A stretch of DNA of 61,448 nt, taken from NCBI GenBank assembly GCA_964366535.1, contig CAYIUC010000002.1:10773-72220 (forward strand), in the 5' to 3' direction. The notes beneath the pieces are model-generated. The model made no database searches. It was not told the origin of the DNA and saw only the letters and a program-made list of their open reading frames with translations. Numbering within the stretch: the first letter of the stretch is position 1; every line of letters starts with the position of its first letter. A program made the position numbers and the translations under genes. Shown one piece after another: positions 1-11,550 of the stretch. Origin of the DNA: an uncultured Candidatus Saccharibacteria bacterium. GTDB taxonomy: Bacteria; Patescibacteriota; Minisyncoccia; Phycocordibacterales; UBA10002.

Positions 1-3
1 ACA

Positions 4-39
4 CTTATGATTAAGATACGATCGTAGCTTAATGATAAA
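4..39. repeat. 36-bp AT-rich near-palindrome, copy 1 (consensus CTTATGATTAAGATACGATCGTATCTTAATCATAAG)
   Basis: Read directly. Left arm perfect, right arm has 3 mismatches. Overlaps a TAAAAT -10-like box 14 nt before the ATG at 55. Other copies at 669-704 and 40806-40841. Confidence 0.8.
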
Positions 40-54
40 ATATGGGATAACGAT

Positions 55-648
55 ATGACATACCGAAAACGAAACAAAAAAGAGCACAGCAGGCCGAAAC
101 ATCGTGTGGGCCCCGTTCAACGAAAAATCTTACTGCTCCTTCTTGGCGGTCTTGCACTAGGATGTTCGGGCTCACCGAGCACCTCTTGGAAGATAATACG
201 AGCGATGCATAAAGAATGGAGAGACGTCAACAAACAAAACGCGGAGCGCGCGATTGCAGTTCTCTATAAAACAAAGCTAATAGAAGCGCGTAAAGATGAG
301 GGTGGAACGGTTACAATGGTTTTGAGCGATAACGGTAAAAAACGCGCGCTCACCTACAACCTCGGGACTATGCAGATTAAAAAGCCAGAAACATGGGACG
401 GGAATTGGCGTGTTGTACTGTTTGATATACCAGAAGAAAAACGCGGAGCGCGCGATTCCTTGCGTACGCGCCTTTTGAATCTCGGATTCTTTGAACTCCA
501 ACGCTCGGTACTGGTGCACCCTTATGAATGTCGTGATGAAATTGAATTCTTGATAGAAATGGGAGATATCCGCCCGTATGTCCGTTATATGCGCGCGCAC
601 CACATAGACAACGAACCGCATCTAAAAAGATTTTTCCGTATTGCCTGA
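55..648 (+). CDS. PaaX-like / Cas2-fold domain protein (putative DNA-binding regulator)
   Basis: 197-aa ORF. The segment WDGNWRVVLFDIPEEKRGARDSLRTRLLNLGFFELQRSVLVHPY resembles the PaaX C-terminal/Cas2-like family. Bracketed by the 36-bp palindromes. Confidence 0.55.
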   Translation: MTYRKRNKKEHSRPKHRVGPVQRKILLLLLGGLALGCSGSPSTSWKIIRAMHKEWRDVNKQNAERAIAVLYKTKLIEARKDEGGTVTMVLSDNGKKRALTYNLGTMQIKKPETWDGNWRVVLFDIPEEKRGARDSLRTRLLNLGFFELQRSVLVHPYECRDEIEFLIEMGDIRPYVRYMRAHHIDNEPHLKRFFRIA

Positions 649-668
649 CACTATTTTATCTACCCTAG

Positions 669-704
669 CTTATGATTAAGATACGATCGTATGTTAATCA
701 TAAG
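669..704. repeat. 36-bp AT-rich palindrome, copy 2 (best copy, one mismatched pair)
   Basis: cttatgattaagatacgatcgtatgttaatcataag read directly. Lies in the convergent spacer between the PaaX-like gene and ligA. Confidence 0.85.
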
Positions 705-761
705 TACAGAAAACTGATTTGGAATGTAGTACATATATGAAGTGAAGAAGCGGCTCAGGAT

Positions 762-3303
<2,542 letters not shown>

Positions 3304-3336
3304 ATTCGTATCATTCGTATATTCGCATGTTAAACT

Positions 3337-3888
3337 TCACCAGTCATATATATATTCTCGCACGGTTACCGTACGCAAAGGCAGGTCGCCAGTTTTCCAA
3401 AGCACCTTCACTTCTACCTTCGCCTCATCATCAGAAGTACGGTCGCCATTTGGTATCGTATCAATACGCACTTCACGTACGAATTTAGTATCTTCCCAAT
3501 CGTTTGCGTTCTGCGGTTTATATCCATACTTGCCAGTCTCCGTCTGAAATGCGAGCGGCTCGCAAAAACTCCCGTATAGCGGACCTTCGCGGCGGCTACA
3601 CTGCGACACTGCATCGTCTCGGTCTTCTATTGTATTTATTTGACAGAGTTGCTCTAAACAATCTCCCGAAAGCCCGAACAACCAGTTGCTCCTGCGTCGC
3701 AGTTCGTTGCCGTCTCGCCTCATTCGTATATATTCAATCGCTTCTTCTGCTAGGAAACTCGCGGTAACCTGGTCGCGCGCGTACACCGCAGAGCGGATGC
3801 TCCTTTGCGCAAGCGTGAGAGGCCCCACGATCGCGCTTACCAAAATAACTACTGCAACCAGCGTTTCAATTAGAGAAAATCCGCGCAT
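3337..3888 (-). CDS. type IV minor pilin (PilV/GspI-like), prepilin N-terminal methylation domain
   Basis: Starts MRGFSLIETLVAVVILVSAIV, the G|FSLIE class III signal. Confidence 0.7.
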   Translation of the reverse strand: MRGFSLIETLVAVVILVSAIVGPLTLAQRSIRSAVYARDQVTASFLAEEAIEYIRMRRDGNELRRRSNWLFGLSGDCLEQLCQINTIEDRDDAVSQCSRREGPLYGSFCEPLAFQTETGKYGYKPQNANDWEDTKFVREVRIDTIPNGDRTSDDEAKVEVKVLWKTGDLPLRTVTVREYIYDW

Positions 3889-3891
3889 ATA

Positions 3892-4410
3892 TTAGCTATC
3901 TATTAAGCGTTGAGTAATAAAGGTCTGGATGTCAAAACGGGACTCAAGCTTTTGCCCCGCGCGCATAATTCCGCCCACAAGCATCAAAGCATTTGGTTGT
4001 TTATCATCGCCCACTGCCTCGCCTTGAAGCAAGAAACAAAATCGACTAACGGATACTTCCGGCGCTGTCACGCCGACCGCGCTTCCGCTTCCGACACGGC
4101 GTACAATTTGCGTGCCTTGTAAGAAATATTCGGTTGATACTCCTGCCTGCGAAGTAAATTTTATGCCGTCTGTATACCCGCTCGCGCAATTGCCATTAAA
4201 AAAAGAGGCGGTCGAATACGCCGAGCCGGTGCGAAGATTGCGCGCCACGCTCTCCAGCGCAAAGTTGATATTGTTTACGACCGACTTAAACGCCTGCGCC
4301 TTACGGTTTGCATCGGCTACAGCGAGGAGAGCTCCCGCAGCAACAAGCGCCACTACGGTAAACACCGCAACAGACATCACCATCTCAATAAGTGTAAAAC
4401 CTTTGTTCAT
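3892..4410 (-). CDS. type IV minor pilin (PilW/GspJ-like)
   Basis: Starts MNKGFTLIEMVMSVAVFTVV, a prepilin cleavage/methylation motif. Confidence 0.7.
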   Translation of the reverse strand: MNKGFTLIEMVMSVAVFTVVALVAAGALLAVADANRKAQAFKSVVNNINFALESVARNLRTGSAYSTASFFNGNCASGYTDGIKFTSQAGVSTEYFLQGTQIVRRVGSGSAVGVTAPEVSVSRFCFLLQGEAVGDDKQPNALMLVGGIMRAGQKLESRFDIQTFITQRLIDS

Positions 4411-5048
4411 CGTATTGAAATTTGTCCTGTCTGGAAAACTTCCACCGTTCGCGCCTCGCGTCCGCGCGGAGAGACGATGGTAACCGCGCCACTTCGGTAC
4501 CGCTCCTCGCTAGCGCCGTTTAGGTTTGTGCGTACAAACGCATCCGGTATCGGGCGTTTAAAGAGTAAATCCATAAATGAAAGCGTTGCGTCTCCAGACA
4601 GGAAGTTGCGGCACTCGGCGCCTCCGCGGTGTGCCGCCATAGTGCCGCAAAAAGACAAAATCGTATTGCCGCGTTCCAACTTATACACCTTTAGACATTC
4701 GGAGTTTGCATCGACTATACACACGCCATCAACACTCGTGCCGTCGTAGCGACGATTATCGTTGCGGTCGGCAAAAAACACAAAAAAGGCATCCGAAGCG
4801 AAGTGCACGCCGTAGCCGATATCAAATCCGTTTCCCGTAAGCGGACTTTCGCGCACAGCAATTCCATAACTCTGCGCCTCGCGAAGCGCAAGCGCGATGT
4901 CGTACGCGAGATTTGTAGCGAGAATGCTCTCGCCGAAACGCGAATGGTTCATAAGCGCCGCGCCGGTGATAATCGTAAATAGCGCGACGACGATGAGCAT
5001 CTCTATCAAAGAAAATCCCCTGGAGGAACGCAAACTCATAATAACCAC
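4407..5048 (-). CDS. type IV minor pilin (FimT/GspH-like)
   Basis: N-terminus SRGFSLIEMLIVVALFTIITGAA. An alternative start at 5039 would avoid overlap with pilD. Confidence 0.7.
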   Translation of the reverse strand: MVIMSLRSSRGFSLIEMLIVVALFTIITGAALMNHSRFGESILATNLAYDIALALREAQSYGIAVRESPLTGNGFDIGYGVHFASDAFFVFFADRNDNRRYDGTSVDGVCIVDANSECLKVYKLERGNTILSFCGTMAAHRGGAECRNFLSGDATLSFMDLLFKRPIPDAFVRTNLNGASEERYRSGAVTIVSPRGREARTVEVFQTGQISIR

Positions 5049-5770
5049 ATCATATCAAACTGGAAAAACCACGCGAGGAATGCGCCGATCGCGAGAAAAG
5101 GCCCGAACGGAAGTTCGGTTTTAAGCGAAAACGAGTATCGATTCATGATACGGCTCACTATGATTAGTAAAACACCGACGAATGCACCGAGCCAAAATGC
5201 TACAAGAAGCCCAGATAAGCCAAGCGAAAGCCCTAGAAACCAACCCAAACCGAGCTCTAGTTTTGCATCCCCGAACCCCATCCACTTGCCGCCGGAAAAA
5301 TACCAAAACGCCGCAAGCGGGAGTGCTAAGAGCGGTCCGGCAATAAAATGCTCGGGGTATGCGGCGAGCGCTACGAGCGCGAGCGTATATACCCCGCCGT
5401 TTGGAATAATCTTTGTGCGAAAGTCATATACAGAAAGAGCGAGCGCGATGCTCCAGAAAATCGCGGCGATAAGCGCGGGGGCATATTCAAGCGCCGCTAC
5501 ATACTTTGCCGCAATCGCGACAAACATCGCTCCGGCAATAAGCTCTACGAGCGGGTATTGGAACGAAATAGGAGCGCGGCAGGTGTCGCACCTGCCGCGC
5601 AAAAAGACAAAACTTAAAACAGGAACGAGCTCAAACCATCGCAAATGGCGGCGGCACGCCATACATGCCGACGGCGTTACTATTGACCGCCCCGTATCAT
5701 AACGGAACGACCACGCATTAGCAAAGCTCCCTATAGAAAGCCCGAGAAGAAATGCTACGAAGAGGAGCAT
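5036..5770 (-). CDS. pilD: prepilin peptidase / N-methyltransferase (A24 family)
   Basis: 244 aa, polytopic. Has the N-terminal Cys cluster CMACRRHL...CDTCRAPI and a GFGDAKL motif. Confidence 0.9.
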   Translation of the reverse strand: MLLFVAFLLGLSIGSFANAWSFRYDTGRSIVTPSACMACRRHLRWFELVPVLSFVFLRGRCDTCRAPISFQYPLVELIAGAMFVAIAAKYVAALEYAPALIAAIFWSIALALSVYDFRTKIIPNGGVYTLALVALAAYPEHFIAGPLLALPLAAFWYFSGGKWMGFGDAKLELGLGWFLGLSLGLSGLLVAFWLGAFVGVLLIIVSRIMNRYSFSLKTELPFGPFLAIGAFLAWFFQFDMMWLL

Positions 5771-5776
5771 TGACTG

Positions 5777-6244
5777 TTACGGAATAACATCAAACACCGG
5801 ATCAGTGCCGGCAATGTCTGTATCTGAAGTTCCTGATCCCGGACAACCAGTTGCTACTGTTTTAACTGTATCATCTTTGTCGCTTGTTAGAGCTATATTG
5901 GTACCATCTTCAAGAGTTACTGCCAAGTGATACGATGTGCAACTAGAAAGCGGAAGGTAGTTATACTTAGTATCTCCTGCGCCAGAAGGAGGAGTCGGCA
6001 CTGATGGTATAAAGCCGCCTCCAGCCACATCTGATAGACCTTTCGGGTACTTGCCGGCATTAGCATCAAAATACAATTCCAATGCGAGTTGGAGTGACTT
6101 AATCTCATCCACGCGCCGCGCGTCTCGCGCCTTCTTGCGCGCGCTGTTTAGCGATGCGACGACGACAGACGAAAGAATGCCGATAATTGCAATAACAACC
6201 AATAGTTCAATGAGCGTAAAACCGCGATTAGTCGCTTTCTTCAT
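5777..6244 (-). CDS. pilA: major type IV pilin (PilA/PulG-like)
   Basis: N-terminus NRGFTLIELLVVIAIIGILSSVVVASLNSARKKARDARR. Has its own strong promoter. Confidence 0.8.
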   Translation of the reverse strand: MKKATNRGFTLIELLVVIAIIGILSSVVVASLNSARKKARDARRVDEIKSLQLALELYFDANAGKYPKGLSDVAGGGFIPSVPTPPSGAGDTKYNYLPLSSCTSYHLAVTLEDGTNIALTSDKDDTVKTVATGCPGSGTSDTDIAGTDPVFDVIP

Positions 6245-6281
6245 AAAACGAAAATAAAAACTGATAAATTAGATAAACTTC

Positions 6282-6309
6282 ATTATACAGCCCATCTTAC
6301 CGAGTGCAA
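6282..6309 (-). promoter_or_regulatory. sigma70-like promoter TTGCAC-N16-TATAAT upstream of the major pilin gene
   Basis: Read on the minus strand, about 37 nt before the ATG at 6244. Confidence 0.45.
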
Positions 6310-6332
6310 GTGGTGTGTGGATAGCGAAAATA

Positions 6333-7538
6333 TCAAATACTCGCCGAGATGCTGTAAATCGGGATAAGCACGGCAGCGAGAAGCACCCCCACCCCCACCC
6401 CGAGCCCTACAATAAGTATCGGCTCAATAAGCCCGACGAGAGTATCGACAGCGGCGGTAACCTCGCGGCGATAGAAACGCGAGAGCGTTTCCAGAATGTT
6501 GCCGAGCTCCCCCGCCTCCTCGCCCACCTTTACCATCGCAGTCATAATACCCGGAAACTCGCGGTGCTTCCCTAAAGAATCTGATACGAGCCTCCCGCCC
6601 TTCACATCCTCGGCAATCTCCGCAAGCGCCTTTGCATAGACGGGGCTTCCGACTACATCGCGCGTAATTTCTAGCGCGTGCACGATAGGTATCGCAGCGG
6701 AAAGCATTGTGTGCATATTGTCGGCAATGCGCGATAGGTAGAGCTTTCGCAAAAGCTGACCTAACTTTGGAATACCGAGTACAAACCGGTCTGCCGCCAT
6801 ATGACCCGCTTCCGTTTTGACCCATCGCCACAGTACGAAGGCGCCGGCAACCGCTAACGCGAGAAGCACCACTCCGTATGCAACGAAGAAATCGCTTATT
6901 CCAACCACGATTCGCGTATAAAACGGAACTTCTCTGCCCGACTCGGCAATCACATGCGATAATTGAGGAATGACTGTTGTGAGCATAAGAATCATTACGG
7001 CGAAAAAAGTAATTATGACGAACACCGGATAGATGAGCGCGTTCTTCGCCTTGACTGTGACCTCGTATGTGCGCTCCAAATGGTCGGCGAGAAACGCGAA
7101 ACTTTCCGAAAGCTTGCCTGCCTCCTCGCCCGCGCGCACCATATTGACATAAAAGTTGGAAAATATGTGCGGATGCCGCGAGAGGGCGCGCGAGATAGAT
7201 GAGCCGCCCTGCACCTCGTCGGCAATTGCAGTAAGCGCTTCGCGTAGCGCAGTCCCCTCAACCTCTGCCGACATAAGACGGAAGACGCGGAGGGCAGACA
7301 CTTGCGCAGTAAAGAGTGTCGAGAGCTCGCGCGACAGAAGTACAACCTCGCGCGTCTTGACGCGGTCAAAAAACGATAGGCGCTTGCCGAGAAGCGCGCC
7401 CCCTTCAGCGGAAGCCACCGAAGCAATAGTGAGCCCTCGCCGCTGGAGCGACTCAATTGCCGACTCGCGCGATAGCGCTTCTATCGCACCTGCCTGCGGC
7501 ATCCCGCTCGCATCCACCGCTTTGTAGTTGAAGAGCAT
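6333..7538 (-). CDS. pilC: type IV pilus platform protein PilC (GspF family)
   Basis: 401 aa with a duplicated GspF domain architecture and 3 TM segments. Confidence 0.9.
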   Translation of the reverse strand: MLFNYKAVDASGMPQAGAIEALSRESAIESLQRRGLTIASVASAEGGALLGKRLSFFDRVKTREVVLLSRELSTLFTAQVSALRVFRLMSAEVEGTALREALTAIADEVQGGSSISRALSRHPHIFSNFYVNMVRAGEEAGKLSESFAFLADHLERTYEVTVKAKNALIYPVFVIITFFAVMILMLTTVIPQLSHVIAESGREVPFYTRIVVGISDFFVAYGVVLLALAVAGAFVLWRWVKTEAGHMAADRFVLGIPKLGQLLRKLYLSRIADNMHTMLSAAIPIVHALEITRDVVGSPVYAKALAEIAEDVKGGRLVSDSLGKHREFPGIMTAMVKVGEEAGELGNILETLSRFYRREVTAAVDTLVGLIEPILIVGLGVGVGVLLAAVLIPIYSISASI

Positions 7539-7571
7539 GCTCCTTTATTATAGCAAGCGCGCTAGTACTCG

Positions 7572-7841
7572 CTACCCAAGCATTCTACGCAAACGCCGAT
7601 AGATTTCGTCATCGTTCCGTTTCCCAACCAACACCACCGATAGAACATCACCGACAAGTTGATAGATAACGCGATATTCTCCGCTGTCTACGCGCAAATA
7701 CGGCGAACCAGAAATCTTCTTGGAATCTGTCGCGAACGGATTTTCAGCGAGAAGCACTATTCTCGCGACAACCTGTCTTTCATGTTTAGGAGGCAACCGC
7801 TTTAGAAAAATGAGCGCCCGTTTTGAGAGTTTTGTTTGCAT
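7572..7841 (-). CDS. RelE/ParE-family type II toxin
   Basis: 89 aa. KRALIFLKRLPPKHERQVV...GEYRVIYQLVGDVLSVVLVGKRNDDEIY is typical RelE. Confidence 0.8.
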   Translation of the reverse strand: MQTKLSKRALIFLKRLPPKHERQVVARIVLLAENPFATDSKKISGSPYLRVDSGEYRVIYQLVGDVLSVVLVGKRNDDEIYRRLRRMLG

Positions 7842-8112
7842 TCTTTTTGAGAACTGACGCTATGTAGAGCGCTGATGCGCGCGCGCTGATATATCCACCC
7901 TTCTCTGCCGCTTTCGCCCGTTTCGCCCAATACGAATCGGAGAGCGCCTCAAGAAACTTATATTCCTCCACAGAAAGCATAACGGCGACCTCACGCCCAT
8001 TTTTCTTTATAAAAACAGGGATACGCCGCGCTTCGTCCAGCAAGCGCCCAAAGTTATTTTTCGCCTCACGCGCAGTAAATAGTGTAGTAGCCATAGTAGC
8101 CATTATAGCCAT
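7786..8112 (-). CDS. Phd/YefM-family antitoxin
   Basis: ATTLFTAREAKNNFGRLLDEARRIPVFIKKNGREVAVMLSVEEYKFL. Candidate starts at 8112, 8103 and 8094. Its 3' end overlaps the toxin start by 56 nt. Confidence 0.7.
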   Translation of the reverse strand: MAIMATMATTLFTAREAKNNFGRLLDEARRIPVFIKKNGREVAVMLSVEEYKFLEALSDSYWAKRAKAAEKGGYISARASALYIASVLKKNANKTLKTGAHFSKAVAS

Positions 8113-8129
8113 CTGTTGTTTTGTGTCAA
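8102..8129 (-). promoter_or_regulatory. consensus promoter TTGACA-N16-TATAAT, 7 nt before the ATG at 8094 (leaderless antitoxin mRNA?)
   Basis: Minus strand reads tTTGACAcaaaacaacagatggcTATAATggctactATG. Confidence 0.5.
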
Positions 8130-8135
8130 ATAAGT

Positions 8136-8163
8136 AAACGGCTAAATGCGTGTTTAGCCGTTT
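8136..8163. terminator. hairpin AAACGGCTAAA-tgcgtg-TTTAGCCGTTT directly after the pilT stop; repeated at 33469-33496
   Basis: 11-bp stem flanked by A-run/T-run, so possibly bidirectional. A second, about 90% identical copy lies in the decayed DUF559 unit. Confidence 0.5.
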
Positions 8164-8164
8164 T

Positions 8165-9232
8165 TTACAAAAGCCGCTCAAGTACGGCGGGATTTAATGA
8201 GTACGAAAATGCGGTCTCGGGAGCAATCTCGCCGCGGCGGACTAGCTCTGCAAGCGAGCGGTCCATATCTATCATCCCCTGCTCCGCGCCAGTTTGAATA
8301 ACTGTCTGGATTTCATGCGTGCGCTTCTCGCGAATAAGGTTCGCGACAGCCGCATTGGAAATAAGGAGCTCGTACGCCGGTACGCGCCCGCCCGCTACGC
8401 GCGGCACTAGCCGTTGCGAGAATATGCCCGTGAGCGACCCCGCAAGCTGCATGCGAATCTGCTCCTGCTGGCCCGACGGAAATACATCCACGATGCGCTC
8501 AATCGTCTGCGCGGCGTTGTTGGTATGTAGAGTAGAAAAGATGAGGTGCCCCGTCTCGGCGGCGGTCACTGCGGCGGAGATGGTGTCTATGTCGCGCATC
8601 TCGCCAATGAGTGCTACATCAATATCTTGACGGAATAGCGAGGTAAGTGCGGTACGGAAGTCCTTTGTATCAAGCCGCACCTCTCGCTGATCTATGATCG
8701 ACTTTTTCGGCTCGTACACATACTCAATCGGGTCTTCAATCGTCATAATGTGCTCCGCGCGCGTTCCGTTTACCATATCTATGAGCGAAGCAAGAGTGGT
8801 GGACTTGCCGCTTCCAATCGGACCAACGACTAAGAAAAATCCTTGTTGGCGCTTGGTGAAGCTCTCCAAAATCGGCGGCAAATGTAGTTCCTCTAGCGTC
8901 TGGATCTTTCGAGGAATTAGCCGGAGCGCAAACGCTATACCGCCCTGCTGGAAGTAGCCGTTTACGCGAAAGCGCGCTTTGTCGGCATAGCCCCAGGACA
9001 CATCTACCTCCTTGTCCGCAAAAAACCGCGCTAATTCTTCTTTGTCCAAAAGTGCGTGTGCAAATCCTTCGGCATCGGTGTGAGATATTTTCGGCTGTTT
9101 TTCTAGAGGAAACAGCGCGCCGTTCACGCGGATTGTAGGCGGCTTCCCTTCCGAAAGGTGTAAGTCGGACGCGCCCTCCTTCAGCACATACTCCGCAAGC
9201 CCCTCTAGTTCTTTTGTGTAGTCGGATGACAT
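8165..9232 (-). CDS. pilT: twitching-motility ATPase PilT
   Basis: Walker A GPIGSGKST plus Asp/His boxes. Start taken at MSSDYTKELEG to avoid overlap with the upstream gene (ORF track extends to 9283). Confidence 0.9.
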   Translation of the reverse strand: MSSDYTKELEGLAEYVLKEGASDLHLSEGKPPTIRVNGALFPLEKQPKISHTDAEGFAHALLDKEELARFFADKEVDVSWGYADKARFRVNGYFQQGGIAFALRLIPRKIQTLEELHLPPILESFTKRQQGFFLVVGPIGSGKSTTLASLIDMVNGTRAEHIMTIEDPIEYVYEPKKSIIDQREVRLDTKDFRTALTSLFRQDIDVALIGEMRDIDTISAAVTAAETGHLIFSTLHTNNAAQTIERIVDVFPSGQQEQIRMQLAGSLTGIFSQRLVPRVAGGRVPAYELLISNAAVANLIREKRTHEIQTVIQTGAEQGMIDMDRSLAELVRRGEIAPETAFSYSLNPAVLERLL

Positions 9233-9266
9233 ATACAACAAGTATACTACACACTTTCTTTGTTTG

Positions 9267-11546
9267 CTACTCACGCACACCAAATAATTGAGAAAAAAGA
9301 AAGTGCAACCTAGAGTAAAATAAAGAAGCGAGTTGCATGGGTGCCTGTACGCCTGCGGAAGGAGTTACAGTAACGGTTACTGAATCTGATGCTCGCCCTG
9401 CACCACCATCTTCGACACAGGTTACCGTATAGGTTTTTGAAGTTTGCGCTATAACACGGATACCACCAGAAGCGTCTCCAGAAACATCTCCGGTACACTG
9501 TTCCACCTTGCCTGTTGTGGTATATGTAAGCCCAATTATGGTACCGGCAGTCACCGTTACAGGTCCGTCAGTCGGTCCGTTACCGATATTTACCTTCAAG
9601 TCCACCAAAATGCTTTTTGGCGGTTGCGACTGCATAACCGTCACCTTAAACTCTTTTACCGCCTCAAGACCGCTTTCCAAATTCACCACCTTATACCCAA
9701 TAGGATACACACCAGAAACCGTATCCGTAGGAACTGAAAAATTAATGAATCTACCGTCTCCATCTCCAGGATTGACAGTAACTTCTTTGGCGACATCCCA
9801 AACGGAAAAAGGGGAATTGTCGTCTAGCATGGTGTAGCTCCACAGGTTAGGAATTATCGGAATGATTCTAAAACGAGACGGCCCGCATATTGAGTAATCA
9901 GTATTAGAGAAACCCATACTCATCACACCAGATTCGCCTTCGTATAACGACGCTTTATCTGGAAATACGAAATTGGGACTGATGAAATGTTTGGTAATCG
10001 CTGGAACATTTCGCACACATGAAGGCATTTTAAGCACAACATCGAAAGTAATACTGTTGGATTCTTGATCGGCGATTGGACCAATTGTAATACCACGCGA
10101 CTCGTCAAGAAAGACTCGCTTTGACCCATTTATTGAAAGAGCCGCATCTTTTACATCTTCATCCCAAGACATTTCTGACGGGTTTGCATCAACGAGATAC
10201 GGCGCAAAAGCGCCACTCGGATCTTTTCGTACCACCGTGATAAAAAGACCAGAGGAAGTGTTGCTTGCCGCCTTAAGATTCACATCAAAACCAGCGCCGT
10301 TCCGATATTCCGCATAAATATACTCTCCGGTTGCAGATCCTGGTACTGCAATTTTTGCGACATGTGCGCCCCCTGGTGTCTCGAAAGAATTAAGTGTGTA
10401 GCGTCCGCTCTGCGTGATAGACACAACATCGTTTTGTGTCAGCCAACCGAGCGATTCTTTCAATACTGAACTAAAATGCAGGCTATATTTCCCGGCACCC
10501 ATAACATCAAAATAATTTTGGTACTCTCGTAGCACACATTCGCCAGATACTTGTTGCATGCCGCAATCAAGCCCATTTGAATGATTCACCCCGAGCGCAT
10601 GTCCAAGTTCATGGCTAATGCCGTAGTCGTTCCCTGTCCATGAAAACGGTTGCGGGAAATGGCCTGCTGGGTGCACATCAGGAGATATAGAAACAATGGC
10701 GTCTGCAAAATTGAAGACGCGCCCATTGATGGAGTGCTGGCTAGATCCGATTGCTGCGCAATCACCGACGGAAAGGTTGGCGAGAACCAATACGATTGAG
10801 TACGACGCTAAATCAATAGCATTGCTTGATACAGCACTTGCTATATCTGCGTCAGTAACAGAACCGCATGTTGCATTTAGCGGTCCATCTCGTTGAAGTG
10901 TGGTCCAAGGAAGCGTTTTGCCAGAAAGCCGAAAACGACCATATGACTGTTCCTCAAAAAATTTCTGAACCTGGCCTTCAAATACCAGTGCGTGTAATTC
11001 CTCGCGTGTATATGGTCGCTCACCTGAAGTAAGAAAGTCCACAGGAATAACCAAAATGGCTGTGGCAACACCGTCCGTGAATGCACCTGCTTGTTTTGAC
11101 GGTGTTGATTTGCGTACTATCGGTGTTATTGCGGAGGCAGGCGGAACAATTGGCTGGACAACTGACGGCTTGCCCGACACATTCACGACGACAGCATCAT
11201 CATCGCGATTGCCTTCTTTGTCTATGCATGCGGCTTTAATTACAACAGAGCGGCTGATACGACCAGAAACCGTGCCGCTTGTCTTAATGTCGTTTTTGCT
11301 CCAGTTCCCTTTGCATCGCGCCGCCCCTTCGGAAAGCCACGAAACAACGATGCGGTCTCCTGAATTAACTGTAATCGGTCCATCTTCGCCGTTTACCTTA
11401 AGGTCTATAGAAACGCCATCAAAGATATCTTCTGACTCAAGAAATGCATCGGTGCCTTGCGCCACAAGCACACCCACACTAACCAAAAACACCAAAACAA
11501 ATGTAAGTACAAAAAAGAATGGGGTACGACAGCGAGTGTATGTCAT
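9267..11546 (-). CDS. secreted metzincin-like zinc metalloprotease flanked by duplicated two-Cys Ig-like domains
   Basis: 759 aa with an N-terminal signal/TM. Has HELGHALGVNH (HExxHxxGxxH) and a downstream DVMG. N- and C-terminal DLKVNG.DGP.TV domains resemble each other. Confidence 0.6.
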   Translation of the reverse strand: MTYTRCRTPFFFVLTFVLVFLVSVGVLVAQGTDAFLESEDIFDGVSIDLKVNGEDGPITVNSGDRIVVSWLSEGAARCKGNWSKNDIKTSGTVSGRISRSVVIKAACIDKEGNRDDDAVVVNVSGKPSVVQPIVPPASAITPIVRKSTPSKQAGAFTDGVATAILVIPVDFLTSGERPYTREELHALVFEGQVQKFFEEQSYGRFRLSGKTLPWTTLQRDGPLNATCGSVTDADIASAVSSNAIDLASYSIVLVLANLSVGDCAAIGSSQHSINGRVFNFADAIVSISPDVHPAGHFPQPFSWTGNDYGISHELGHALGVNHSNGLDCGMQQVSGECVLREYQNYFDVMGAGKYSLHFSSVLKESLGWLTQNDVVSITQSGRYTLNSFETPGGAHVAKIAVPGSATGEYIYAEYRNGAGFDVNLKAASNTSSGLFITVVRKDPSGAFAPYLVDANPSEMSWDEDVKDAALSINGSKRVFLDESRGITIGPIADQESNSITFDVVLKMPSCVRNVPAITKHFISPNFVFPDKASLYEGESGVMSMGFSNTDYSICGPSRFRIIPIIPNLWSYTMLDDNSPFSVWDVAKEVTVNPGDGDGRFINFSVPTDTVSGVYPIGYKVVNLESGLEAVKEFKVTVMQSQPPKSILVDLKVNIGNGPTDGPVTVTAGTIIGLTYTTTGKVEQCTGDVSGDASGGIRVIAQTSKTYTVTCVEDGGAGRASDSVTVTVTPSAGVQAPMQLASLFYSRLHFLFSQLFGVRE

Positions 11547-11550
11547 GCTA

